The notes under the pieces are model-generated. The model saw only the letters and a list, made by a program, of their open reading frames with translations. It was not told the DNA's origin and made no database searches. From NCBI GenBank assembly GCA_965112155.1, contig OZ218101.1: 64,000 nucleotides of DNA; one strand, written 5' to 3'. Source of the stretch: Podarcis liolepis (lineage: Eukaryota). Both the position numbers and the translations under genes were made by a program. Shown in pieces: positions 1-11,357 of the stretch. How positions within the stretch are numbered: the stretch's first letter is position 1; the number at the start of each line of letters is the position of its first letter.

Positions 1-900
1 TAGATAGGAAATGTTATTCTACCAGAATCAACATTATTTTAAAAATCCAATATATTTCAATAAAATCTTCCTTGGGAGTAGAGGTATCTTATATCTTTCC
101 TTCAAAGAAGGTTATTTGGGAGGCATTGCTTTTAGAAAGGATTTTATCCTTATTTTGGAATGTCAGATCTTGTTGCTCCCAGGTAACATTATATTGAAAA
201 GTATTGGGCTTTTTTATTATCTTGCTTTTGATAGCCATTTTGTTCTTCCTTGAGAGTTGCCTTCCATGGTGGTTTCCTTTTCTTAGTGCTTGTGCTTTAT
301 TTTTTCCTCTCCTTACCCTTTCCCAAATTATATTCTGTAATTATGTCCTTTCCAAGTTGGTGCTGCAGTGATTTGTAGCTATCAAAAATAAAGTAGCATT
401 ATTACAGACTATTGTTCTGTTTTCTTTGTGTTTCAAAATAAAAAAAACTTAGTTACAACTTATTACTATTTTTATGAAGTTATTATACAAGGGAGGACAA
501 TGTGATACTATTGGTAGAAATTGATTAAAATATTTCAATATGGTCCTAATTTTCTTATCAATGACCCTTTCCAAAAGCTTTATAATATTTTCCTTTCATC
601 GCAGAAAACTATGCTTACAAATAACTTTGGAGCATTCATGGCTTTTCAAAATGTTAATTCTAAACCTGTCTGTTACTGGAATTCAGAGATGAGAAAAATT
701 TCCTTAATCACTCTTTGATTTGTATCTTTAACTGTAACATCTTAAGAGTTAATACTTACGGTAATAGGATCGCCTGTTTTCCTTCAGACCTCCACCTGAA
801 GTTGATAACTTACAAAGTATAGCTGGGGTGCCAATTATAATACTTTGTCATCAGTCAAGGCAGCAGTAAGAAACACAGATAACGATTCGGAAGGATACCA
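1..900 (-). mobile_element. Degenerate L1/Tx1-like LINE ORF2 fragment
   Basis: The minus strand is A-rich. A broken frame reads ...ILCKLSTSGGGLKENRRSYY..., resembling the L1 ORF2 post-RT 'K..GGL.LP....YY' segment. Many stops, so the family call is tentative. Confidence 0.35.
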
Positions 901-962
901 AAATTTCTCATGTAATTTTTATTGGTTTTAGTTTACATGAAGTGAGACTAGTAGAAAAAGCC

Positions 963-1037
963 TCTACTATATATACTCTACTATACTCTACTATAACTCT
1001 ACTCTACTATATTATACTCTACTCTATTATACTCTAC
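963..1037. repeat. Imperfect pentamer microsatellite (TACTC/CTATA)n
   Basis: ctctactatatatactctactatactctactataactctactctactat... seen directly. Confidence 0.85.
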
Positions 1038-1857
1038 TGTAAATATTTTCTCAGCAATGCTTCCCATGAACCACCTCCTTTATGGGTTCCTCTTTTTCCC
1101 TTTCTCAACCCAGTCACTTCTCTACCACAGGTCTTGCACTGAAGGAAGTATTGGCGAAATGTCTATACTATATTTATTGTACATGGTGAATTACTGAAAC
1201 TAAATTCAGAAGCAATATAGGCCTGTTTTTAATTTTATTTCCGCCTTATCGTTTCTCTCACACTTTATCTTGACGCTAACAAAATACTTAAATTAAAACT
1301 TTGGAAGTTACTAAGTGTTTTGAAAAATCAGGGTAGTTTCCATTGCAGGTTTATCCAACTTGGGAATAGATGATGAGTTGTTGGGAGAGACCAGCAGATT
1401 TGGAGTGATGCTTTGCTACTCTAAAGAAATTCTGTAACTATGACTTTGGTTTCAAAGCCAGGGAGATCACCAAGGTAGTGACTCTTATTTCTTTTTTATG
1501 AAAGAGGTGCATCTCCCTTGGGAGTGCCTGGTTGTTGTCATGTAGGTGCTCAGAGATGCTTAGTTACACCATAGTGACAACGCTAGTCTTCCTCTGCCTT
1601 GGAATGGGGATCTTCTCTACAGTTGTGCTGGGCTCTCAGGTTGCCTTGCATAGCTTCTTCCACGGAATACATTGAACAAGCAATTTGTGGCTCACCTAAT
1701 TTGGACCTAAGTTGTTTTCTAAATGTGGAAGTCTTACCCTAATGCTTCTTATCATATACACTTGTAAAAAGCTAACATGCCTAAAAAGTGAGGTATGCTT
1801 TGAAAAAAAAATCCTGGCATTTGGGTTCTTTTCACTCCCTCCCTCCTTTTCTCCACG

Positions 1858-2062
1858 GAAAGGCCTTCTCGGTAGTGGAGCCCGCCTACCCTCCCATCAG
1901 ATGTCAAGGAAATAAACAACTATCTGACTTTTAGAAGACATCTAAAGGCAGCCCTGTTTAGGGAAGTTTTTAATGTTTGATGTTTTTTCTGTTTTTAGTC
2001 CTGTTGGGAGCCACCCAGAGTGGCTGGGGAAACCCAGCCAGATGGGTGGGATAAGAATACAA

Positions 2063-2093
<31 letters not shown>
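1858..2093 (+). mobile_element. L2 LINE 3' end with (TTA)n tail
   Basis: Matches the end of the L2 ORF at 19873-20337 (AFSVV...LPSDVKEI...TFRRHLKAALF) and ends cccagagtggctggggaaacccagccagatggg + (tta)n. Confidence 0.8.
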
Positions 2094-2094
<1 letters not shown>

Positions 2095-2632
2095 GCTGTG
2101 ATTCTCTACATATGAGCCCTTTTTCACATTTAGCCTGGAAATATTGGGGCTATAACTTCTGTCTTCAGCTTTTTACCTTAGGAGGTCCAAGTATGACAGC
2201 ATAAACTTAAATTGAAAACAGTGCTATTATTGGTTCTTAGAAAAAGTGTTGTGAGGACTTAAAAAATATCTGTAAGTCCTAGATCCTATTAAAACTTTTG
2301 TCATAGTTGCTCCCCACCCCCCAACACACACCCCTTGGTCCAGGCTGTTCAGGGTATTGTCTTTTGTAAGGTAAAGACTAAGGAAACTGGTTAAACAGGT
2401 TTTCTGAATTCACTGTGTGGCATTGGAAAGATGGGGCCCCGAAGACTGCAAGATTTTGTAACCCTGAAACCTCTTTAGTTGCTCTCATTTTTCTCTCTCA
2501 GTTATGACTTTCATATAGTTGCTTATCTTTAATATCATTTAAAAAATGAACTTGCTTTCAAAATGCATGGATATGCCAAGGTAAGGGGAGTAAGGCACAA
2601 ATACAGTTATTACGAAACCAATAGCAGGATAT

Positions 2633-2970
2633 TGGTTTAGCCTGGAAAAGAGGAGACCGATAGGAGATATGATAGCCATCTTCAAATATCTCAAGGGCTG
2701 TCATATGGGAGAGGGAACAAGCTTGTTTTCTCTTGGTCTGGAGGGTAGGATTCGGAACAATGACTTCAAGTTACAAGAAAAGGAGATTCTGACTAAACAT
2801 CAGGAAGAGTTTTCTGACAGTAAAAGCTGTTTGATAGTGGAATGGAGGGTTTTAAGTAGAGGTTGGATGGCCATCTGTCATGGATGCTTTAGCCAAAATT
2901 CCTGCATTGCAGGGGGTGACTAGATGACCCCTGAGGTCCCTTCCAACTCTACAGTTCTTTGATTTTGTGA
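2633..2970 (+). mobile_element. CR1 LINE 3' fragment
   Basis: The ORF MIAIFKYLKGCH...LFS...EGRIRNN.FKLQ is a typical CR1 ORF2 C-terminus; ends ggtcccttccaactctac plus a degenerate (ATTCTRTG) tail. Confidence 0.85.
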
Positions 2971-3043
2971 TATCTTTTGTGTAAACTATTCAGATGTCTT
3001 CTAGTTGAAACTGAGATCAGAGTTGGACTGCCTTTCATGTTAC

Positions 3044-3279
3044 TTATTTTAATTATTTTTTGCATTTATATCCTCCCCTTTTCTCCATGGAGCTCAAGGT
3101 GTTTTCACTGTTCCCTCACTCCTCATTTAATCTTCACAACAGTCCTGTGAGGTAGGTTCGCCTGAGAGGCAATGACTGGCCCAAGTTCACCCAGTGAGCT
3201 TCATGGCCGAGTGGGGAATTGAACGCTGGTCTCCCAAGTCCTAATCTGACACTGTTAACTACAGTACCACCACTGGTTT
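3044..3279 (-). mobile_element. CORE-type (MIR-like) squamate SINE
   Basis: atcttcacaacagtcctgtgaggtagg...gcccaagttcacccagtgagcttcatggc...ttgaac...; second copy at 25544-25770. Confidence 0.7.
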
Positions 3280-3457
3280 TCACCACTGCTTGGGGTGAGA
3301 CTGCTTGCTATTGGATTGAACATGCAATTTGCTTATGGTGAGCAATAATATAATCAGGGGAAAGGACCAATTCAGATGCTGAAGGAAATTAGACAGAGGC
3401 TAACAACAACGTGGGAATAGAAGGGAAGGATAGAAGAAAGAAAGCTGTTATGGTGGA

Positions 3458-3823
3458 GTAAAGGGACCCCTGATAATTAAGTCCAGTCATGAATGATTCT
3501 GGGGTTGCGGCACTCATCTCGCTTTACAGGCCGAGGGAGCTGGCGTTTGTCCACTTCCGCAGACAGTTTTTCCGGGTCATGTGGTCAGCATGACTAAGCC
3601 GCTTCTGGCGAAACCAGAGCAGTTCACGGAAACGCCATTTACCTTCCCACCAGAGTGGTACCTATTTATCTACTTGCACTGCGTGCTTTTGAACTGCTGG
3701 GTTGGCAGGAGCTGGGACCGAACAACAGGAGCTCACCCCGTTGCGGGGATTTGAACCGCCAACCTTTCGATTGGCAAGCCCAAGCGACACAGTGGTTTAA
3801 CCCACAGCGCCACCCGTGTCCCC
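3458..3823 (-). mobile_element. Sauria SINE
   Basis: Reverse complement of the gggacgcgggtggcgctgtgggttaaacc... head and gtccctttac tail; near-identical to eight other copies in the window. Confidence 0.9.
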
Positions 3824-4605
3824 TGCCACAAAAGTTACTATCCTCCAAAAGAAATTTGATAGCATGCTAAGAGGCTCTCAGCCCATTTCCATACTGGCTG
3901 CAGAGGAGGAAAAGTCCTCTTAGCCGCAGCTGATTGGTGGGCTGATTTTTTTCCCCCATTGCCTTTTCCCAAGAGGACTGGGATGAGAGATCCATTCTCC
4001 TCCACCAGCTCACTGCATTTCTGTGTTGGTTACAAAGGGAAAGGGCTTTTCTTCCTCTGCCATTTCCAAAGAAGCCAACTGAACTGGCAGATGAAATGAA
4101 GTGATCTGTTTCTCTTTCACCAGCTCACCCATTTACCTGCATTGGATTCTTGATCCCCTTTGGCTAACAGGTGGGTGTTTAATTTGTTGTCTTTAACTGC
4201 TATTTTCAAAAGGCTATTGGGTGGATGTTTTAGTTTTTAACCACTGCGAGCCAGAGGGAGGTTTGTGAGATTTATTAACGATTCCCCTAACTTGCCCCCT
4301 ATAATCCAAGCACTAAATTGTTCTTTTTCAAAACAACAAGTACCTTGCTAAAGTGAGTTGAATGCCAATGTTGAAATACCTCTCTGCTACTCAAGATAAA
4401 ATATCCCCATGACTGCTTTATCATGAATATGTTGAAACCCTGGCTAAAGTGAGCACCATGTCAAAATTTAAGAATATGTGAGTGGTGCAGCTACCTTGAC
4501 CATGGTTCAAAGGTAGGTAGTTGTTGTCCGCAGCGGAAGAAAGAAAGTTTGTTAATGATCTCCTGTATATAGAGAAATCACACAATTTGAGCTGCTTTTC
4601 CTTTG

Positions 4606-5250
4606 AAATAATTCTGGCATTAAAATAGTAAAGCATACTTGATACTGCCTATGGAGAATTTGACAAAGTAAGGTTTTGTGGATTAAATGTGGTTAGCTAA
4701 TATGAGGTGGGGTAGCTGTTTGAAGAGGACAATTTAATTACTGGAGGACTGGAAGCTTCGTTTGGGTTTGGGAACTTTAAAATCTCAAGTATATTTTATA
4801 CTGATGCTCATGTATGCAATTATACAAAAATGTGTGATTGTCATATTTATGAATATAATGGTCTTATGATACTTTCTAACTACATAGGATAATATGAGTA
4901 AAGATACTTTTCAGACTGCAGAATCTAGTATTTTGAAAGCTGAATAAAAAAAACAACGACATCTTTTCCAACTAATACGATTATCACAATCTGTATCCCT
5001 TCACTGGAGTGCGTGTTTATGTAACTGAATGTAAAGTAGTTAATGTTGCAGGCTGGGAAGTTTTTTGTTATTTGAAATAGACAAATAACAAAATAATAAA
5101 ATAATTCTGGCATTAAAATAGTAAAGCATACTTGATACTGCCTATGGAGAATTTGACAAAGTAAGGTTTTGTGGATTAAATGTGGTTAGCTAATATGAGG
5201 TGGGGTAGTTGTTTGAAGAGGCCAATTTAATTACTGGAGGACTGGAAGCT
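4606..5250. repeat. 152-bp direct repeat (4606-4757 and 5099-5250) flanking a 341-bp insert
   Basis: aaataattctggcattaaaatagtaaagc...ctggaggactggaagct occurs twice with 2 mismatches. Confidence 0.95.
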
Positions 5251-6683
5251 GCCAGAATTTTTTCAAATAAAATGTCAAGTGTTCTCATCGCTTTTTTTCC
5301 TCGGAAGAGATATGTTAAAGCCATATTTTCCACCAGAACTTTAATGGCTGAATTCTTAGAAGATCGTGTTTATGGGAATAAGTGCACATGGTATTTCAAT
5401 GTCTTTGAAGTCCCTGCTGCTTCACATAGCTGAAGAATCATGTTACTAAAACAGACACACATAAGACCTTTGCCTGTTCAGCAGAGTGTGTGGCTGAAGT
5501 AGAAATAATAATAATAAAGCTTGGCAATTTGGTTATTTGAAAACTACATTATCTATCTGCAACCCTTGCCTTGCAATAACCCTGGAAGTCTAATAAGTAT
5601 TATTATCCCCCATAAGGCAAATGGGGGGCAGAGGGTGTGAGAGACTAACCTGCCCAATGCCACCTAAGGAAACAGAAGCATAAATTGAACTTGGGACTTC
5701 CTTATTGGTAGCTCAGTCTCTTTATTGCATCAGCTCAAACTTCAAAGATTTCTTCAGCTGTTCTTTAGTCTCTTAAAACAAAAAAGCAAAAAATTAAAGA
5801 TTTTCTTGGTTTACAAAAGTACACGCATTGTCTCCTTTTTCCAGGTTGTAAAGTCTTTTCTGTAGTCCCTTTGGCTTCATGTCTGCTCCCCACCCTCTGC
5901 TTTCAGCCACAGCTTCCTAGCACAGAAGCTATAAAAAAATGTAAGCAGACCTAATCAGGCAGTTATGTAGCATATCAGATTACATGCAGCTCCTTGTAAA
6001 GCAGGGACTGTCTGTGCGGTTGAAGGTCTGTAAATAGCCTTCTCTTGCCTGCAGGTTTATGTATAGATACTTAATGTGCACACACAGTATGGTTTGCAGG
6101 ATTTTGATAATGCAAAATGTGTACCAATGTTGCTGCTTCAAATATTAGTTTTTTTAATGTTTGGAAATACAGGATATCTAAGGAGAAAAACTTGTGTCAG
6201 TCTTGCTTTAGAGGTTTTCTTGTATTTTCAATTGCCATTAATATTCCAGATGTAAATGAGGACAATGAAGTAGATCAAGTCTTTTCAACAGGTGCATGTG
6301 AAGTCCCAGAACTGGAGCTGCTGAGTAACTGGAAAGACATTACTGGAATTGTGCGGATGGAGTAACCAAATAGATATTTCCCAACATTGTTACTAAGGTG
6401 TCCAAATCCTTGGTGGTTTGGCAATACTTTAAACATCACAATACATCGACCAGGTGTCTTGTGTAAAATGGTGTGAGACTGAGATTTCTAGATTTTCTGT
6501 TGCCTTTAGACTCCAAGCCAGTACGAACTTTAAAGTTCAGTTTAATGAAACAAGACAAATCCTATGTGCAGTTAGTTGTGAATATGTCTCATTGTACTTG
6601 AGGTCTCCTGAGTAAGCTTTAGCAGGCGTGGGAAAAGGGGAGAGGTCCTCTTGTGGATTAGTAACTGGTTAAGCAAAAAGAAA

Positions 6684-6999
6684 ACGTGGGTGGCTCTGTG
6701 GGTTAAACCAGAGAGCTTAGGGCTTGCCGATCAGAAGGGGTGAGCTCCCGTTGCTCGGTCCCAGCTCCTGCCAATGTAGCAGTTTGAAAGCACGCAGTGC
6801 AAGTAGATAAATAGGTACCACTCCAGCGGGAAGGTAAACAGTGTTTCTGTGCACTGCTCTGGTTTGCCAGAAGCAGCTTAGTCATGCTGGTCACATGCCC
6901 CAGAAACGCCGGCTCCCTCAGCCAATAAGGCGAGATGAGTGCCGCAACCCCAGAGTCGTCCGCGACTGGACCTAATGTTCAGCGGTCCCTTTACTTTTA
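6684..6999 (+). mobile_element. Sauria SINE
   Basis: gtgggtggctctgtgggttaaacc...gcaagtagataaataggtacc...gtccctttactttta. Confidence 0.9.
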
Positions 7000-7460
7000 A
7001 GAAAAAAGGAAGCAGAGAGCCAGAATAAATGGCCAGTTCTCCAAATGGAGGAATGTTGAAGGTGGAGTCCCCAAGGATAGGTATTGGGACCTTTGCTTTT
7101 TAACTTGTTCCTAAATGGTTTAGACTGTAAAGGGGTGAGCAGTGAGGTAGCCAAGTTTGCTGATGTGATCAAAATGTTATGGGTGATTTTTAAAAAGGGA
7201 CTGTGAATGGGCATTAAAATGGCAAATGCAACTCAGTGTAAACAAGTATAAAATATTGCAGTTGGGGGGCAAAAATATATATCTAAATTTCGCATATATG
7301 CTCATGCTCATATATGAACTGGTGGTGACTGACCAGGAACAAGACTTTAACACAGCACACAGTTTAAGTATGTAATTCTCTTACACAAGAAGTAGTGATG
7401 GCCACCAACTTAGATGGCTTTAAAAAAAAGGATTAGACAAATTCATGAAGTAGAAGGCTG
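7000..7460 (+). mobile_element. CR1 LINE RT fragment (degenerate)
   Basis: Broken frame GVP(Q)G..LGPLLFNLFLN...GVSSEVAKFAD(D), the RT core motifs. Confidence 0.8.
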
Positions 7461-7847
7461 GGGTGGTGCCAATAACAAAATGGTGGTGGATGGAAGCTGA
7501 GTTTTTCCTGATCAGCTGGTAATTGCTGGCATCACTGATATCTAATCTCTCCTTAACAATTGCGATTTCCTTGTGGCAAGGGGATAGAATTTCATAGTTC
7601 AGTTTTCTTCAGGCAAGGCACAGACATTGGTTGTGTAGGTATCATGATTCAACCTCTCCATTTTAGGCAGAATTTGAAAATCCAGAGACTTTAAGTGAAA
7701 AAGGCGTTTAATTTTATATTTTCCCTCTGCCCACATGCCTCTTAAAGTAGTTTTACTTCTTCTCCCCTTAACCTTTCATACTTAATTTGTTTCATATACG
7801 TACCTCAAAACAAAATCATTCTTTTTACAGTCTCTTACTCCACCATA

Positions 7848-8167
7848 GGGACATGGGTGGCGCTGCGGGTTAAACCACAGAGCCTAGGACTTGCCGATCA
7901 GAAGGTCGGCGGTTCGAATCCCCATGACGGGATGAGCTCCCGTTGCTCGGTCCCTGCTCCTGCCAACCTAGCAGTTTGAAAGCACATCAAAGTGCAAGTA
8001 GATAAATAGGTACCGCTCTGGTGGGAAGGTAAATGGTGTTTCCGTGCGCTGCTCTGGTTCACCAGAAGCGGCTTAGTCATGCTGGCCATATGACCCGGAA
8101 GTTGTACGCCGGCTCCCTCGGGCAACCCCACAACTGGACCTAATGGTCAGGGGTCCCTTTACCTTTA
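7848..8167 (+). mobile_element. Sauria SINE with 13-bp TSD
   Basis: Full head and (ACCTTT) tail; TSD ttactccaccata at 7835-7847 and 8165-8177. Confidence 0.95.
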
Positions 8168-9477
8168 CTCCACCATAACAGCTTTCTTTCTTCTGTCCTT
8201 CCTTTCTATTCCCACATTGTTGTTGTTAGCCTCTATCTAATTTCCTTCAGCATCTGATTTGGCTCTTTTCCCTCCAACCGAGCTTCTCTTGTCTTTCGGC
8301 CACTTTTATTCAGCATGTGGGCAGTCAATCCAACCAGAAGACTATGGCATGGCCAGCAAATGGGGTGAGGAAATGAGCAGGCAGTGGGTGGTTTGTGGCA
8401 CTGGTGCCCGCCTGAAAGTGGCCCACTGCTGGTCCCAAGCCCAGTCTTTGAGAAACACTCCCGTAGGGCTTCTAAGTAAATGTGTATTGTGTAGGATTGG
8501 TCTGTAAATGTATGAAGTGCATTATCCATTGTAGTGCCTCTGCAGTGATGATCGTGCAAGGGAAATTATCCAGCCCTTCTTTCTGTCTCACTTTACAGGC
8601 CCCTTCTGAGGGCTACAGTAGGGAGGAAGTTGTCCTTCTGTGAATGCTTCATTAGTTGCAACCATAAGACTGCAATCGTGCGCATACATATTTGGGAGTA
8701 TGCCTCACTGGACTCTGACTTACCTCTGAGTACACATGTATATGATTGTGCTGCATGTCCTACAAAAACAAGCACAATTTTTTGGGTAAAGGGACAATTG
8801 AAAAATATTTTTTTCTGACATCATCATCATCATCATTATTATTATTATTATACCCTGCCCATCTCTGGGCAGCTTCCAGCAAAATATATTATTACTGTCC
8901 TGTCCACACGATTCTTTACACCTTAGATTTAATGTGGTGGAAGGTTTTGGGGAAGTGCCACCATGTCAAAATCATTCTCAATTTGTACAATGGGAAATGG
9001 AAAAAATAAAACAAGTATGCAGAAACACAGATTCTGTTGACTGTAGAATTCATTTTACACAGAAGGTTTCATGTGTTTTAACCAGAGATGGAAAGGTTAG
9101 TTTGAAGTAAAATAAAACGAGGAACTGGTTGCTGAGTCCAGTCATTCAGTAGGAGGAAGAGGAATTAAATGCAATAAAAAAAGAGAAGTGTAGGTAGATG
9201 TGTGACTTTCCATGATGAATTCAGTTTTGATACTTGCCAAGCCTGCATCCTTGTGTCTGAGTTTTAAGATCATGTAGGATGAGGTACTGATACAACTTGT
9301 GCCTGTGCTGCATGTCGATTGACAGTGGCTGCCTGCCTGGCATTTGAATTCCAACAACAGGATGCTATAATGCTTTGAGGGGTGCAAAGAATACTACTTT
9401 TGACAATTAAGTGGTTTCTAATTATTGTAATAAAAAAATAAAACCACAGTTCATCCTTTTAGCTGAGTTTAAGTATA

Positions 9478-9700
9478 CAGTGGTACCTCGGGTTACATAC
9501 GCTTCAGGTTACAGACTCCCCTAACCCAGAAATATTACCTCAGGTAATATTTGCTTTGCTTCAGGATGAGAACAGAAATCGTGCTGCGGCGGCAGCAGCA
9601 GGAGGCCCCATTAGCTAAAGTGGTGCTTCAGGTTAAGAACAGTTTCAGGTTAAGAACAGACCTCCAGAATAAATTAGGTTCTTAACCCGAGGTACCACTC
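9478..9700. mobile_element. Tc1/mariner (Tigger-like) MITE
   Basis: TIRs ta|cagtggtacctcgggtta ... taacccgaggtaccact. Confidence 0.8.
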
Positions 9701-10468
9701 TGTGCGCATTCTGCAGTGAGGTAGGTTTTAGTTCCCCATCCCATGCTAGTACAGGTGTTTTGATATGATTTGTCATTTTTGTCCCATCTCTGGTTGTAGT
9801 CTTCCAGACATTTGCTTGAAAGTAATTCCCACTGAAAGACCTGTCTGGTGGTTTACTATCAAACCAGAAGCATAAGGCATAGTCTCAGTGGGTGGACTAG
9901 GGGGCAGAGGCAACATGTCACATGAGAGTTTGAAACATTCCTCTGTTCTGCTCATGATGAGATACTTTGGTTTGCTGTGTGAGCCAGTGGGGATCAGTAC
10001 AATGGCTTGTATTGACTAGCACGTCTGAATCCCAACAAAAATACCTAGTGTGCGCATATGGCAATGAGACTCAGTCCTGGACATATAGAGAGAATTGGAG
10101 TTTCGGACTTGACAGTAGTAGTGATGTCTTGGAACTAATGCATCTCAAGAGCCAATTGTTATCTTCAATGAGAACTTTAAAAAAAATAATAATCAAGGTT
10201 TAAGTGTTCTGACTAAGAGTACTGTGAATTTCAGAATTTATCAAACTTTGATCAAATTTTTAAATCAGATGTTAGCTTGTAAACTTAGTACACCTGGTTT
10301 TTGTTTGTTTGTTTGTTTTGCTTTCTTTTATTACTCTTTCTGCCCATATTTCTCTTAGGTCAGTCAATTTTGAAGGAGCAGTATGCAATTTTCATTTTAA
10401 AAGGTTAGACTGATAATGAATATTCTGTTTTTAAAACATGTTTTCCTCTCCTCTGTGTATTTGTTTAG

Positions 10469-10579
10469 GTCGTCTGGTAGGTGCTTTGGATGCTGTGCTT
10501 GATTCTAATGCCCGTGTCGCTCCATTTCGAATTTTGCTTCAAGTTCCAGGATCACCTATTTACTCTGCCATAGCTTGTG
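10469..10579 (+). CDS. TBC1D8: TBC1 domain family member 8, exon 2 (alternative end at 10624)
   Basis: ttag|(G)[36 protein letters not shown](G)|gtgagt; 111 nt, phase 1-1; second in-frame gtgagt donor 45 nt downstream. Confidence 0.95.
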
Positions 10580-11221
10580 GTGAGTTATTGAATGGATCAG
10601 AAGTTTACTGGGCCATAGCCATTGGTGAGTTGCATACCAGACAAAAACTAAAGTCTGAGCATGCTGTGGTTTGCATGTCAAAGAAGCTGAAGGTAACTCA
10701 AATTAATAACACAGCAGTGTGCATAAGTGCTTATTTAACAACCAACATATAATTTGTAACTTCCATGTACAGGTAATATAAATGCTTGTTGACACAACAT
10801 TAGAAGTGCCCAAAGCTTTCAGTTGTAGGAAGCGGTGTGGCTTTTCATACTGGAGCACACACATTTCTGTATCCTGGGAACTGCTGAAACAGTTAAAGGG
10901 GTGGGGGGAAGCTTTATAATCTTCTCCCTGATATGGTAAGTTTCTGTACATGGGCAGGGAATAGTTTATGTTGATAGTATTTAAACATTCAGACCCTCCC
11001 TACAATCTGAAATGGTACAGCCTAGCAACAGATGCATTACATGGGGCTTCTATAGTAAATTGGCTGCTTTAGTGTATCGTGCTTTATATATTTTCTGAAT
11101 GAGTGTTATTATTGTAAAATAGATTATCTCTGGCCTTGAAAGTATTCTGGAAATCCCTTTATGTCCATAAGTCATTGGTACTTCTTGAAGGCTAATCAGA
11201 TCCAAGCAGAAAGGGCTACAT

Positions 11222-11357
11222 CAGGCATAGGCAAACTCAGCCCTCCAGGTGTTTTGGGACTACAACTCCCATGATCCCTAGCTAACAGGACTAGTGGTCA
11301 GGGATGATAGGAATTGTAGTCCCAAAAGATCTGGAGGGCAAATTTTGCCTAAGCCTG
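11222..11357. mobile_element. hAT-type palindromic MITE
   Basis: TIRs caggcataggcaaa/tttgcctaagcctg; 8-bp TSD ggctacat at 11214-11221 and 11358-11365. Confidence 0.9.
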
